DNA of 64,000 nt, taken from contig CAWBCJ010000029.1 in NCBI GenBank assembly GCA_963787255.1, positions 896,001 through 960,000 of the forward strand. The letters are read 5' to 3'. Both the position numbers and the translations under genes were made by a program. Of this stretch, positions 20,685 through 31,045 are shown piece by piece. The notes beneath the pieces are model-generated. The model worked only from the letters and a program-made list of their open reading frames with translations, ran no database searches and was not told the DNA's origin. The stretch's first letter is position 1, and every line of letters begins with the position of its first letter. The DNA comes from Methanobacteriota archaeon (GTDB lineage: Archaea > Methanobacteriota > Methanobacteria > Methanobacteriales > Methanobacteriaceae).

Positions 20685-21575
20685 TTGCCAGTTGACGTGG
20701 TAGGGCTGGGAGCGTGTAATATTGATTTTTTACAGAAAGTGCCGAGATTTGCTGCTCCTGACGATGAAGTGGAAATAAAAAACCTTCTTTTATCTGTTGG
20801 CGGATCTGCATCTAATTTTACAGTTGGGCTTTCCCGTTTAAATATTAATACTGGAATTATAGCAAGAGTTGGCAGGGATTATTTTGGTGAAGTCGTAGTA
20901 AACGAGTTTGAAAAAGAAAGAGTTAGTACTGAACGACTTTTAAAGACGGATCTTCAAACCGGTAAAGTTTTCATAGCTGTAGAGCCTAATGGTGAACGAT
21001 CCATGTACACATTTATAGGTGCAAATAAGAAATTTAAGCTTCAAAAAGAAGATATAAAATACATAAAAGGCTCAAAAATCCTTCATGTGACTCAAATGTA
21101 CAGGGACGTTGTTAAAGAGGCTTCAAAACATGCAAATATTCTTTCTTTCAATCCTGGTGCTATTTTGTCATCATTTGGTACCACTAAACTTGCAAAAATA
21201 ATTGGAAGAACTGATATTTTATTTTTAAATAAAAAAGAGGTAAAAGTTTTAACTGGTGAGAAAACTGAACATGGTGCCCCTATGCTTCTTGATATGGGGG
21301 CTAAAATTGTTATTGTAACCTGTGGAAAGCATGGTGCAAGTCTTTATACTGGAAAAGAAATAATTCATTCGCCTGCAAGGAAAGTTAAGGCGTTGGATAC
21401 AACAGGGGCAGGAGATTCATTTGCAGCAGGATTCATAGCTACTTTTCTTAAAGATAAAAACCTAAATTACTGTTTAGATTATGCAAATCTTGTTGCTTCT
21501 CACTGCGTTGAAAAATTTGGAGCTTTAAATACTCCACGTTCTTCCCAGTTAGATATTGACATTTTGAAACCTTGA
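20685..21575 (+). CDS. PfkB/ribokinase-family carbohydrate or nucleoside kinase
   Basis: GGSASN, VGRDYFG, DTTGAGDSFAAG. Confidence 0.92.
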   Translation: MPVDVVGLGACNIDFLQKVPRFAAPDDEVEIKNLLLSVGGSASNFTVGLSRLNINTGIIARVGRDYFGEVVVNEFEKERVSTERLLKTDLQTGKVFIAVEPNGERSMYTFIGANKKFKLQKEDIKYIKGSKILHVTQMYRDVVKEASKHANILSFNPGAILSSFGTTKLAKIIGRTDILFLNKKEVKVLTGEKTEHGAPMLLDMGAKIVIVTCGKHGASLYTGKEIIHSPARKVKALDTTGAGDSFAAGFIATFLKDKNLNYCLDYANLVASHCVEKFGALNTPRSSQLDIDILKP

Positions 21576-21583
21576 TAAAACTT

Positions 21584-22339
21584 TTAAATTCCGAAAAACT
21601 TTGAAGCATTTTCATTTGAAACTTTAGCAATGAATTTTTCCTCAAATCCTAATAATCTCATTTTATGAACAGTCTTGGGTACGGATAGCGGGTCTGAAGG
21701 CGAAGAACTCATATCGCTGTCTAAGGTAAATTTCTCAAAGCCGTATTCAGAGACTAATGAAACTGCTTCTTCAGGAGTCATTTTTAGGGGTTGTACTGTA
21801 ATTCCAAGCATTGATCCAAGTTCAATGACATCATCAATTATGCTTTTATCCACATGATCTATTATAACCATTTCTGGATCAATATTTTCTTCTATAATTG
21901 AAATTGTAATCTTTGTTATCTCTTTTTTGTTCCTGCGGGGTGTGTGAACAACTACTTTCATTTCCAGGCTTTGGGCAAGCTTTAATTGTCTTTTGAATAT
22001 TTCTTTTTCTGATTCTGATGCAGTTTCAAGACCTATTTCTCCAACAGCTACTACAATATCATTTTTTAGAAAGTTTGGTAGTTTTTCAAGAGCCCTTTCA
22101 AAATCGGCTGAAATGCTTCGAGGATGAATTCCAAGAGCTGCGTATAATTTTAATCCATTATCGGCGGCTCTTTTGACATCATTAGTTAATATTCTGTTCC
22201 AGTGGTCAAATACAACATCTGAAGTGCTCATTTTTAATGGATCATGGGCACAGGTCACTGATTTTTGTATTCCTGCTATTTTCATCAATTCAAAGTCTTC
22301 GTAAGGTCGTGTATCTGCATGTATGTGTGAATCTATCAT
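21584..22339 (-). CDS. TatD-family metal-dependent hydrolase
   Basis: IDSHIH, GIHP, VGEIGL, VVHTP, IDH. Confidence 0.9.
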   Translation of the reverse strand: MIDSHIHADTRPYEDFELMKIAGIQKSVTCAHDPLKMSTSDVVFDHWNRILTNDVKRAADNGLKLYAALGIHPRSISADFERALEKLPNFLKNDIVVAVGEIGLETASESEKEIFKRQLKLAQSLEMKVVVHTPRRNKKEITKITISIIEENIDPEMVIIDHVDKSIIDDVIELGSMLGITVQPLKMTPEEAVSLVSEYGFEKFTLDSDMSSSPSDPLSVPKTVHKMRLLGFEEKFIAKVSNENASKFFGI

Positions 22340-22693
22340 ATAAACACCTTAAATAAGTTATTATAGTGAAGATAATGATTTATTAAACCTGTGGACAAAT
22401 CGAGGTAATGAACCTTCTAGTATATAATTATCTTTTTTTTGCATTTTTACCTTTAGACAGTTTAAAACATTGAAATTTCACTATTAGTATATAGAATTTT
22501 TTTAAATATTATTAAATATATTTATTTGATCGTTGTAATTAATTTTTAGCATGCCATGTGGGCTATTTAAAAAAAAAGGGATATTATCTTCAAATAGAAA
22601 TTTATGAATCTTTAAGAGAGATTTTAATGAATAAAAATGATATTTTATCTTTAAATAAATAATAAATTAAATATAAAATTGGAGGAATTGAAA

Positions 22694-22846
22694 ATGGATG
22701 TTGAAGAAATGGCTAAAAAAGCAAAACTCAAGGATCTTAAAGAAATTGCAAAAAAACATGAAATAACACTTGGAAGATGCCCAACGAAACTTGATATTGC
22801 TAAAAAGATACCAAAAGACGAGCTTGAAGCATTAGTATCTAAATAA
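22694..22846 (+). CDS. 50-aa Lys-rich small protein, SAP/Rho-N/HeH-like (not in the ORF track)
   Basis: MDVEEMAKKAKLKDLKEIAKKHEITLGRCPTKLDIAKKIPKDELEALVSK*; GGAGG RBS at 22681; T-rich tract downstream. Confidence 0.8.
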   Translation: MDVEEMAKKAKLKDLKEIAKKHEITLGRCPTKLDIAKKIPKDELEALVSK

Positions 22847-22991
22847 ACAATAATAACATATTTTGTTATAAATTTTCATAAATTATTATTTTTTTTATTT
22901 AATTTAAGTTTAAGCCATGATTTTTAAATAAAAAGAATTAATAATTAAAAAGAAGATTAAAATTTATGAAAATACATTGAATAAACGCTTA

Positions 22992-24723
22992 TTATTCTAT
23001 ATTTTCAAATTTAATCCGGTATTTCATCAGATCTTCTATAATTTCACCGATACTTGAGATAGGGATTCTTTTTTGTTCTAGATTATCTCGGTTTCTTATA
23101 GTAACTTTATTGTCTTCCAATGAATCGTGGTCAACGGTTAGGGCGAAAGGAACCCCAATTTCATCAGCTCGAGCGTATCTTCTTCCAATGGTTCCTGAAG
23201 CGTCAAATTCGGCTATAAAACCTTTTTTCCTTAAATCATCCCTTATTTTAACTGCAATTTCTCTTAAACCGTCTTTGTTAACCAGAGGGAAAACGCTTAC
23301 ATCCACAGGAGCTATGTCTGCAGGAAGCTTGAAATATTCGCGCTTGTTTTCTTTATCCTCAGTAAAAGTATGTAAGAGCACTGAAAAGACTATACGGTCA
23401 ATACCGTATGATGGTTCGATGACGTGAGGAAATATCTTTTCTCCCCTTACACTTTCTTCTATATATTCAAAATTCACGTGTTCTGGGGTTAATTCGAAGG
23501 TTTTACCTTCTATTTCTATTTTGAACACACCTTCACTTTCAATAGCTTCTTTAACATCTTCTCCACTAATATCTTTAAGTTCTTTTAGTATTTTTGGAGC
23601 ATCGCTTTTAAATGATGGGCCGAATTTGCTCATGTTAGGTTTAACTGCCAGTTTTTTAATCTGTTTAGGTTCATCGTACTCAATAAAGACTCTCAAGTCT
23701 TCATTACTGTGCTCGGTGTGGGATTTAAGAATCGAAATCAGTTCTATCAGCAATACCAATTATTTCAACCCAGCCATATCTTTCGGTTTTTACCTCTACA
23801 TCCCAGCAATCAATTGCATAATGCGCCATTTCAGTAGGTAAATGCTGTCTGAACCTTATTACCTCATCAGGTATTCCCAGTTCCTTTAAAAACTTCCAAG
23901 CAAGGTACAGTTGATAAATAAGAACCTCACTTGAAACTGTTTTATTAGTTAATGCATCATTAACAGTTATTTCTATTGGTTCTCCTTCATCTATCTGAAT
24001 TTCAGCAGGATAAAGCTTGAGCACCTTATCTTGAATTTCAGAGAATTTTTGATGAGTTTTATCCTTTGGATCTACAAAAATCTCTGCTTCTGCTTGGGTA
24101 AATTCTCTGAGTCTTATAACTCCCTGTCTCGGTGAAATCTCATTTCTGTAAGCTTTACCGATTTGAACGACACCAAAGGGTAATTTACCTCTAAAGAATC
24201 TTAAAAGCCTCTTGAATGGTATAAATATTCCCTGTGCGGTTTCAGGTCGCATGTAACCTGTTTTTTTACCCTTTGCACCAATTAATGTTTGAAACATTAA
24301 ATTGTAATTCCATACACGGGTTAAACGGTTACCGCATTTAGGGCAGCATATTTTTTCAGAGTAAAGTATCTCTGTAAGCTCATCGTTGCTTAATCCTTCC
24401 ATATCTTTGTTTATCACTTCTTCAATGATGTGATCTGCCCTGTAAACTTCCAGACATTCTTTACATTCGGTCATTGGATCTGTAAAATGATCAACGTGTC
24501 CGGATGCTTTAAGTGCCTCTTCAGGCATTACTGTAGGTGATTCTATTTCGTAAAAGCCTTCTCTTACAATATAGTATTCTCTCCACTTGTTTATGATAGC
24601 ATTTTTTAGTATGGCACCAAGTGGGCCGTAATCATAAAATCCTGCAACACCTGCATAGATTTCAAATGAAGACCAGAGAAAACCTCTTTTTTTTGCAACA
24701 TTCATTACTTTATCATGTTTCAT
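22992..24723 (-). CDS. glyS: Glycine--tRNA ligase; +1 insertion at about 23730
   Basis: YDYGPLG, SGHVDHF, MRPETAQG, YRNEISPRQG, EPSYGIDR, GRRYARADEIG; removing one T gives ADRTDFDLKSH. Confidence 0.95.
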
Positions 24724-24810
24724 TAATATCATCTCAAATAATTATTCTTAAATATGAAAAATATAGAGCAATTAACGCTCTAAAAATCGAATTAAAATTA
24801 TAAATAAAAT

Positions 24811-25431
24811 TTATTCTTTTCCATCAGCCTTTTTAACAGCTAATTTTTTTAAGAGTTCGTGATCGTGTTTGATTTTACTTGATTCCGGCCGATCCTGCCC
24901 CATGTATTTACTATCCCTTTCAGGATGCCCATAAGGCTTATCTGCAGGGGATGTCATGGTTTCAAATACAATCTGACACACCCTTTGACCTGTGTATAAT
25001 GCTACAGGCATTTTACCGATGTTTGAAATCTCAAGGGTTATTTTACCATGGAATCCGGGATCAATGTAACCTGCTGTAACGTGCATGGTTACTCCAAGTC
25101 TTCCCATTGAAGATCGTCCTTCAACCCTTGCAACAAGGTCATCGGGTAGTTTAACAGTTTCATAAGTTGTGGCAAGCGTAAATTCGCCAGGATGGATTAT
25201 AAAAGGCTCTCCTTCTTCTATAAAAAAGGATTGCATGTAAGAATCTATATCTGACCCGTCCATTGGATCTATACACGGCTTTCTAATTATCTTGAAGCCT
25301 TTAAATTCATTTCCTATTCTTAAATCAACTGATGATGGTTGTATCTGTATTTTGGGACTTTCAAGGGGATCAATAACAATTTTTCCTGATTCAAGGTATT
25401 CTTTAATGTGTTTATCGCTTAAAATGGCCAT
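24811..25431 (-). CDS. dcd: dCTP deaminase
   Basis: MAILSD..., QPSSVDLR, GRSSMGRLG, AGYIDPGF, TLEI, KYMGQ. Confidence 0.95.
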   Translation of the reverse strand: MAILSDKHIKEYLESGKIVIDPLESPKIQIQPSSVDLRIGNEFKGFKIIRKPCIDPMDGSDIDSYMQSFFIEEGEPFIIHPGEFTLATTYETVKLPDDLVARVEGRSSMGRLGVTMHVTAGYIDPGFHGKITLEISNIGKMPVALYTGQRVCQIVFETMTSPADKPYGHPERDSKYMGQDRPESSKIKHDHELLKKLAVKKADGKE

Positions 25432-25432
25432 T

Positions 25433-26575
25433 TCATGTCCTCTTTTCTTCTTTTTCTTCTTTTTTAATTTTAATTTCCGATAAATCCTGCACGATGTTCT
25501 TGATGCCACAGCTGTTTCCAACACCAAGTACAAGAATATTAATGTCATCTGAAGAATTTAAAATTGATCTATTTACAACTTCAAGGGCTTTCTCTGCAGA
25601 ATCCAGGATTTTCTGGTTCATTGGGCTTATAGCTTCTTCAGGACTCATTTTCACAATAACTGCGTCAATATCCAGGTTTCTCTTGACAATTTCCTCTTCA
25701 ATTGCCCATTTATCTACTCCTAGGCCTCCAATTACAACTCCAATACCTTGCGCTACCTTTCCAGTTTCTTCTCCTTCAAGTTTAACTGCAGCATCAACTG
25801 TTATAATTTTATCTATATTTTCATTTTCAATAATTGATCTGACCACTTTTCCCACTTTTCCAACACGTGCTCCTGGACCTTTTGCACGTGCTATAATCAA
25901 TTTACGTTCATCCATACGTTTTCTAACAACGTACATGTCATCTATTACTTTAATTTCTTCACTTTTATAATCCTTCATAAGCATGCCTGCCACTAACGGC
26001 CCCAAACCATCCCCAATAGTCTTTCCTTCTGCAAATGCCTCTGTACCTTCAAACTGGGCCTTTACAATTCTCATAATCAGTGGAAGGCTCATTCGAAGAC
26101 TCAGTAATATCTGTAAGTTCCCTGTTTTTCTTGCAAGCTCTAAATTGTGCCTTACCTGTTTAGCAACACTATTAATTCCAAGAGTGGCTTTAAGGGTCAT
26201 TATAATATTTGCTTTGGTCTCTTCATCAGCCATGGGTGCTATAACATTTACCATTTGTTTAAATCTGTCTTCAGAGAGGTCTAAAATCTTTTCAAATTTA
26301 TTTACAATACCGTAAGGGTCAAGATTTACAGGAGGAACCACAAAAAAATCCATAAAATCTTCTATCGCTTCCGATTGGTCAAGAATAGGCTTTCCTTTTT
26401 CATTTGATAATTTTTTCAGGATTCCTTTTGATTCTTCAACCATATTTTCTAGTTCCAGCGTGGATTTTGTAACTCCGGATATGATTCGTATTCTTAAAAG
26501 CCATGGAAGAAGGAATATGAGCAAAACAAATACAAGTATTCCAATTATTTCCAGTGGACCTAAACCAAATAACAT
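25433..26575 (-). CDS. DUF1512-family membrane-anchored protein
   Basis: N-terminal TM; PVNLDPYGI, IGDGLGPLVA, VDAAVKLEGE, GVGNSCGI. Confidence 0.8.
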   Translation of the reverse strand: MLFGLGPLEIIGILVFVLLIFLLPWLLRIRIISGVTKSTLELENMVEESKGILKKLSNEKGKPILDQSEAIEDFMDFFVVPPVNLDPYGIVNKFEKILDLSEDRFKQMVNVIAPMADEETKANIIMTLKATLGINSVAKQVRHNLELARKTGNLQILLSLRMSLPLIMRIVKAQFEGTEAFAEGKTIGDGLGPLVAGMLMKDYKSEEIKVIDDMYVVRKRMDERKLIIARAKGPGARVGKVGKVVRSIIENENIDKIITVDAAVKLEGEETGKVAQGIGVVIGGLGVDKWAIEEEIVKRNLDIDAVIVKMSPEEAISPMNQKILDSAEKALEVVNRSILNSSDDINILVLGVGNSCGIKNIVQDLSEIKIKKEEKEEKRT

Positions 26576-26608
26576 TATGTTCCTCCAATTAACAAATAAT
26601 TTTAATAA

Positions 26609-27307
26609 TTATTCCTTTAATTTCCCTCTTATTCTTCTTAAAGTCCCTATTAAGCTATGCGCTTCCCTTCCAGCAATAAATGCCCTTCCAACTATCCTTT
26701 TAAAAACTATAGAGGACGTTTTCATTTTATGAGGAGGGTAACCAGTATATTTAATTAAATTATCCATTTCTTCAATTAAAAGTTCTTTCTCAGCCTTAGT
26801 AGCGGCTTCAAGCTCTTCTCTAGGATATTTCTTTTCTCTTTTAAATATTTCGTACAGTATAATGGCTGCTGCATGTGATATATTTAAAACGGGATAGTTT
26901 TCGTCTGTGGGAATAGTTACAATAACGTCACACAGCGAAACCTCCTCATTGGAAAGTCCATTACCTTCCCTTCCAAATACTATGGCTGTCTTTGAATTAA
27001 CATTTAATGACTCAGCAAAATCTTCAGGTGTAACAGCTATTCTCGAAACATTATAGGTTCCACCAGCCATTCGAGTGGTTCCAACCGTAAAATCTATATT
27101 TTCTGCTTCTATGAACTCTTCAAGTGAATTATAAGCTTTATGATTCCATATTATTTCTTTGGCATGCATTGCCTGATAATAAGCTTCGTTTTCTAACTCA
27201 CACGGATTTATTAGTACTAAATTATAGAATCCAAAGTTTTTCATAGTTCTTGAAAGAAAACCTATGTTACCTGGTGATTCGGGCTCTACAAAAACTACAT
27301 AAATCAT
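26609..27307 (-). CDS. TrmJ/SpoU-family tRNA/rRNA 2'-O-methyltransferase
   Basis: GNIGFLSRTMKNFG, FGREGNGLSNEE, YPVLNISHA. Confidence 0.9.
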   Translation of the reverse strand: MIYVVFVEPESPGNIGFLSRTMKNFGFYNLVLINPCELENEAYYQAMHAKEIIWNHKAYNSLEEFIEAENIDFTVGTTRMAGGTYNVSRIAVTPEDFAESLNVNSKTAIVFGREGNGLSNEEVSLCDVIVTIPTDENYPVLNISHAAAIILYEIFKREKKYPREELEAATKAEKELLIEEMDNLIKYTGYPPHKMKTSSIVFKRIVGRAFIAGREAHSLIGTLRRIRGKLKE

Positions 27308-27350
27308 TGTTATACTCTCATAAACTTAATATTTGAAACACAAAAAACGG

Positions 27351-28841
27351 CTATTTTTCATAAGCCATTTCAAGAAGTTGTAATATATTCAATACGGGAA
27401 TATCAATGCCTTCTTCTTTTAAAGAAGCAATAATATTGTTTTGACAGAATGGACAGATGGTCACTACTGCATCTACATTGAGTTCTTTTATCATTTCAGC
27501 TTTTTTCTTACCTAAAGCTGCTGCTATTTCTGGTTTTCCTGAACGTACACCCCCACCAGCACCGCAGCACTGATTAGGCTCATCCATTTCCACGAATTCA
27601 AGTCCTTTAATTTTATTTAAAATTTCACGCGGTTCTTTGGTTATTCCCTGACCTCTTGCCAGGTGACAGGGGTCATGATATGTTACTCTCATGTTTAAAG
27701 GTTTCATATCTTCAGTGTTTAAACTGTCAACCAGAAATTCGCTAATATCAACTACATTCAGCTTAACGCCATATCTTGGATAGTCATTCTTTAATGTAGC
27801 TCCGCAACCAGCACATACAGTAACTATTGTATCATAACCTTCAAAAACTTCCTTATTTTTAGCTACAAGCTTTTCTACAATATCTGTCTGCCCTGTTCTA
27901 ATTAATGGAGAACCACAGCACACCTGTTCTTCAGGTACGATTACATCAATATTGTTATCCTCCAAAACCTTAAGTAATGCAAACCCTATCTCAGAGTGCC
28001 TATAATCAACAAGACAACCTGTAAAAAACGCTACATTGGGTTTTACAGCTTTGGTTTTCCCTGAAACGGCTTTAATGAAGCCTTCTCCAAGAGGTTCAAC
28101 TGATCTTCCGGTTTTTGCTATTAATTCTTTTACTTCCTTATGGGCTGGAAGTGGTCCCACGCCTTCGCGGCATGCAATTTCCCTTAATTTTTCAATTGCA
28201 CCACCTACAGGACTTATTTCTTTTGGACATATATCTTTACATTTTCCACAAGTGGTGCAGCAGTAAAGTCCTTCATCAAATCCTATTTTTGCTCTGTCAG
28301 CCTTGTCACGGGGATCAAGTGCAAATTTGGATATATAACGCATAAAGTAAGGTCCTGCATATTCTTCGGCTTCTTTTATAACAGGACATGCGGATAAACA
28401 TGAAAAACATTCTATACAACTTCTTAATTTCTTTGAATCAGCATATTCTTCAGGTTTTAGTATTTGGAGGCACATTTCACTATCTTGAGGAACATCATTT
28501 TCTTCAAGGTAAAGATGCATTTCTTTTATTTTATTTTCAATTTCGCTTCTGTCAACAACAAGGTCTTTAATAGTATCAAAGTCAAGGGGTTCGATAACTG
28601 CATTATCTTCTATTTCTGCCTTGCAGGCAAGCACAACCTGGCCGTTTACCTTTAAAGCGCATGATCCACACTGTCCAGCTCTGCAAGAACATCTATAAGC
28701 GATGTTAGCGTTATATTTCTGGTTAATATAATTTAAAGCGTCCAGAACCTTCATCTTTTCAGTTTTTTCAACTGTATATGTTTCAAAATATGGTTCTTCG
28801 TCTTTATGAGGATCATATCTTAGTACTTTAATTTCTATCAT
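27351..28841 (-). CDS. tfrB: Thiol:fumarate reductase (CoM/CoB) subunit B
   Basis: [2Fe-2S] CRAGQCGSC, two [4Fe-4S] motifs, two CCG domains (HDPCHL, CCGAGGG). Confidence 0.92.
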   Translation of the reverse strand: MIEIKVLRYDPHKDEEPYFETYTVEKTEKMKVLDALNYINQKYNANIAYRCSCRAGQCGSCALKVNGQVVLACKAEIEDNAVIEPLDFDTIKDLVVDRSEIENKIKEMHLYLEENDVPQDSEMCLQILKPEEYADSKKLRSCIECFSCLSACPVIKEAEEYAGPYFMRYISKFALDPRDKADRAKIGFDEGLYCCTTCGKCKDICPKEISPVGGAIEKLREIACREGVGPLPAHKEVKELIAKTGRSVEPLGEGFIKAVSGKTKAVKPNVAFFTGCLVDYRHSEIGFALLKVLEDNNIDVIVPEEQVCCGSPLIRTGQTDIVEKLVAKNKEVFEGYDTIVTVCAGCGATLKNDYPRYGVKLNVVDISEFLVDSLNTEDMKPLNMRVTYHDPCHLARGQGITKEPREILNKIKGLEFVEMDEPNQCCGAGGGVRSGKPEIAAALGKKKAEMIKELNVDAVVTICPFCQNNIIASLKEEGIDIPVLNILQLLEMAYEK

Positions 28842-29116
28842 TTCTATCTCCGTATTTTCCCTTAAAAAATTGATTAAAACAATTTAAAGGTTGTATTTAA
28901 TTAATGTGAATATATAAAAAATGGTCTAATTTAAGATAATCATATTCAATTTATAATATCTAATATTTATAATTGATTTTAAAATATCAATGTAGTTAGA
29001 ATAAAGGCTTATTTTTCAAAAAGTTAGTTTATATTGATTTATTTTTGATTTAAGAGTATTTAAACCAAAATATATTATGATAACTTTCATATAATATTAA
29101 TTACTTAGATAATAGC

Positions 29117-29848
29117 ATGCTTTCATTTAAATTTTCAAGTAAACTGGGGAATTATTTGGAAAAAATAGAAAAAGAAACTGGGAAAGAAGTTAAAATACTT
29201 GAAAGCCCTCATCTTGGGTTAAAAGGCATGTGGGCAGGTTATAGATATCATCCCTATTTTATCATTGTTATCATCCGGTCGGGTATTCAAAAGACAAATG
29301 AAACTTTAGAACGTTCCATTGCACATGAAGCAACTCATGGATATATTTTGTTTAAAAAAAAGTATTGCATGGCAGAATTCAATGATTCAACCGCAGAAAA
29401 TGAGAAGAGAGATGTTCAGATGATATTTACAATGGTTGACGATATTGTTGTTAATAAAATCATCTTTGAAAATGGTTTCAGTCCTTTTGGGGCAGAATAT
29501 CTGGCCGTGGTTCAAAAAGAAGTTGATTCCATGCTTGCAGGAGTAGATTTTTACAGGCAGTTTTCTGACGACCTTCTTTTCGATGATTTATTGATGATAA
29601 CACGTTATATCATAGCATGGGGATTTTTAGAATATTTTGAACTTTCCGAAGATGCATTTGAAATTCTTAAAAAATATACTGATGTTTTTAAGGATACTTA
29701 TCCTTTACAATATGATATTGCAAGCAAAATAAAGGTTATAATTACTAATAATGATATTTTTTCAAGTCATGGTCATTGTAAAGCTATGATAGATATTTTA
29801 AAGCTTTTAAAATTTTATGATTTAGTTAAAATAGTAAATGAAAGCTAA
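29117..29848 (+). CDS. Hypothetical protein with HExxH zincin-like motif
   Basis: SIAHEATHG, then DDIVVN. Confidence 0.6.
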   Translation: MLSFKFSSKLGNYLEKIEKETGKEVKILESPHLGLKGMWAGYRYHPYFIIVIIRSGIQKTNETLERSIAHEATHGYILFKKKYCMAEFNDSTAENEKRDVQMIFTMVDDIVVNKIIFENGFSPFGAEYLAVVQKEVDSMLAGVDFYRQFSDDLLFDDLLMITRYIIAWGFLEYFELSEDAFEILKKYTDVFKDTYPLQYDIASKIKVIITNNDIFSSHGHCKAMIDILKLLKFYDLVKIVNES

Positions 29849-29958
29849 TTTGCAAAAAAATGGATGGTAATAAAAAATTTAATGGAATAAAAGATAAAAA
29901 TCAGGATTTAGTAATATCATCAAAATTAAAGATAAAACGCTGGAAATTAATAATGCGT

Positions 29959-30240
29959 TTAATTTAGTTTTGGCATTTCTCCATTTTTTTCTTTAAATTC
30001 TTTTAACAGTATGGTTTGTCTTATCTTTGAACTCTTTTTACTGTCATTTTCACGGAATCTAAAGTAAGAAATACTTTCTGTTTTATCTGATAAATGTGTT
30101 AAAAGGTTATGTATTAGTTTTCCTTCCCCTATATATATTACTTCTTTGTTTTTATCTGCTAACTGATAAACACCGTATGCATTAGGTAGTTGTTTAATAT
30201 TTTCTTCATTGAAATCAATCCATCGTTTTGATGCTGGCAT
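29959..30240 (-). CDS. Small GIY-YIG-like protein
   Basis: LPNAYGVYQL...VIYIGEG...MPKLN; ATG 30240 after GGAGGT. Confidence 0.7.
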   Translation of the reverse strand: MPASKRWIDFNEENIKQLPNAYGVYQLADKNKEVIYIGEGKLIHNLLTHLSDKTESISYFRFRENDSKKSSKIRQTILLKEFKEKNGEMPKLN

Positions 30241-30316
30241 TCCATACCTCCAATCAATGTCTTTATTTTTAATCTTAGTTTTTTGATGTATATAAGCGCT
30301 TCTGCTTTTTTTTTTA

Positions 30317-30889
30317 TCATGATGATTTAATCGGAATGTCTTTAATTGCAAACCAGTAAACTGAAAGTTCATTTTCTAATTTTTTATAATTAGGGAATTT
30401 GGAGGAAATTATATTCCAGAACTTCTTGCTATGATTCAATTCAACAAGATGTGATATTTCATGAAAAACAACGTATTCAATGAGATTTTTTGGCAGGTAA
30501 CTAAGATAAACATTAATGCTTATGTTCTTCCTGCTACTGCAGCTTCCCCATCTGGACTTCATTTTCTTAAAATAAACCTTATTTACACATACATTAAGCT
30601 CTAATGAAAATTTTTGGACAGTAACGTTTATTAAATCTTTAAATTCTGATTCACTACGATTATAATCAAGCTTAATTCTCTCTGCATCATCTTTCTTGCT
30701 ATTTATTTCTTGAAATTTCTTGTAAATCCATTTTTTATTTTTTTCTATGATTTTTTCATGATCAATGCACCCTTGAGGTGCAATAAGAATCAATTTGTTA
30801 TCCTTGATCTCTAAACGCCAGTATTTGACGTTTCGAGTGATGATATCATATTCAACTACTAAATCCAGAATTGTAACACTTTGTGGCAT
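30317..30889 (-). CDS. YgjP/DUF45 (M48/SprT-like) metal-dependent hydrolase
   Basis: MKSRWGSCS, YVVFHEISHLVELNHSKKFW. Confidence 0.9.
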   Translation of the reverse strand: MPQSVTILDLVVEYDIITRNVKYWRLEIKDNKLILIAPQGCIDHEKIIEKNKKWIYKKFQEINSKKDDAERIKLDYNRSESEFKDLINVTVQKFSLELNVCVNKVYFKKMKSRWGSCSSRKNISINVYLSYLPKNLIEYVVFHEISHLVELNHSKKFWNIISSKFPNYKKLENELSVYWFAIKDIPIKSS

Positions 30890-31045
30890 GTTGTTTCCTT
30901 AAGTTTTATAGATATTTTTATATCAATTATACAAAAGCTTAATTTAGATAATTGCATAAATAAAAATTTAATCTCATTCTAGTTATATCCATTGATAAAT
31001 AATAAAAACTAATTTAATTGCTATTAATCATTACAGGACGATATT

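Noticed and set aside
23720-23740. Programmed ribosomal frameshifting in glyS, aroE or nadC
   Set aside because: No slippery heptamer or stimulatory structure; six unrelated genes show the same +1 doubled-base pattern, best explained by sequencing error
25432-25548. Poly-Lys N-terminal extension of Dcd, and similar long starts for 16155, 30372 and 45598 in the ORF track
   Set aside because: Extensions overlap neighbouring genes or promoters; downstream ATGs match the family N-termini and mostly have clear RBSs
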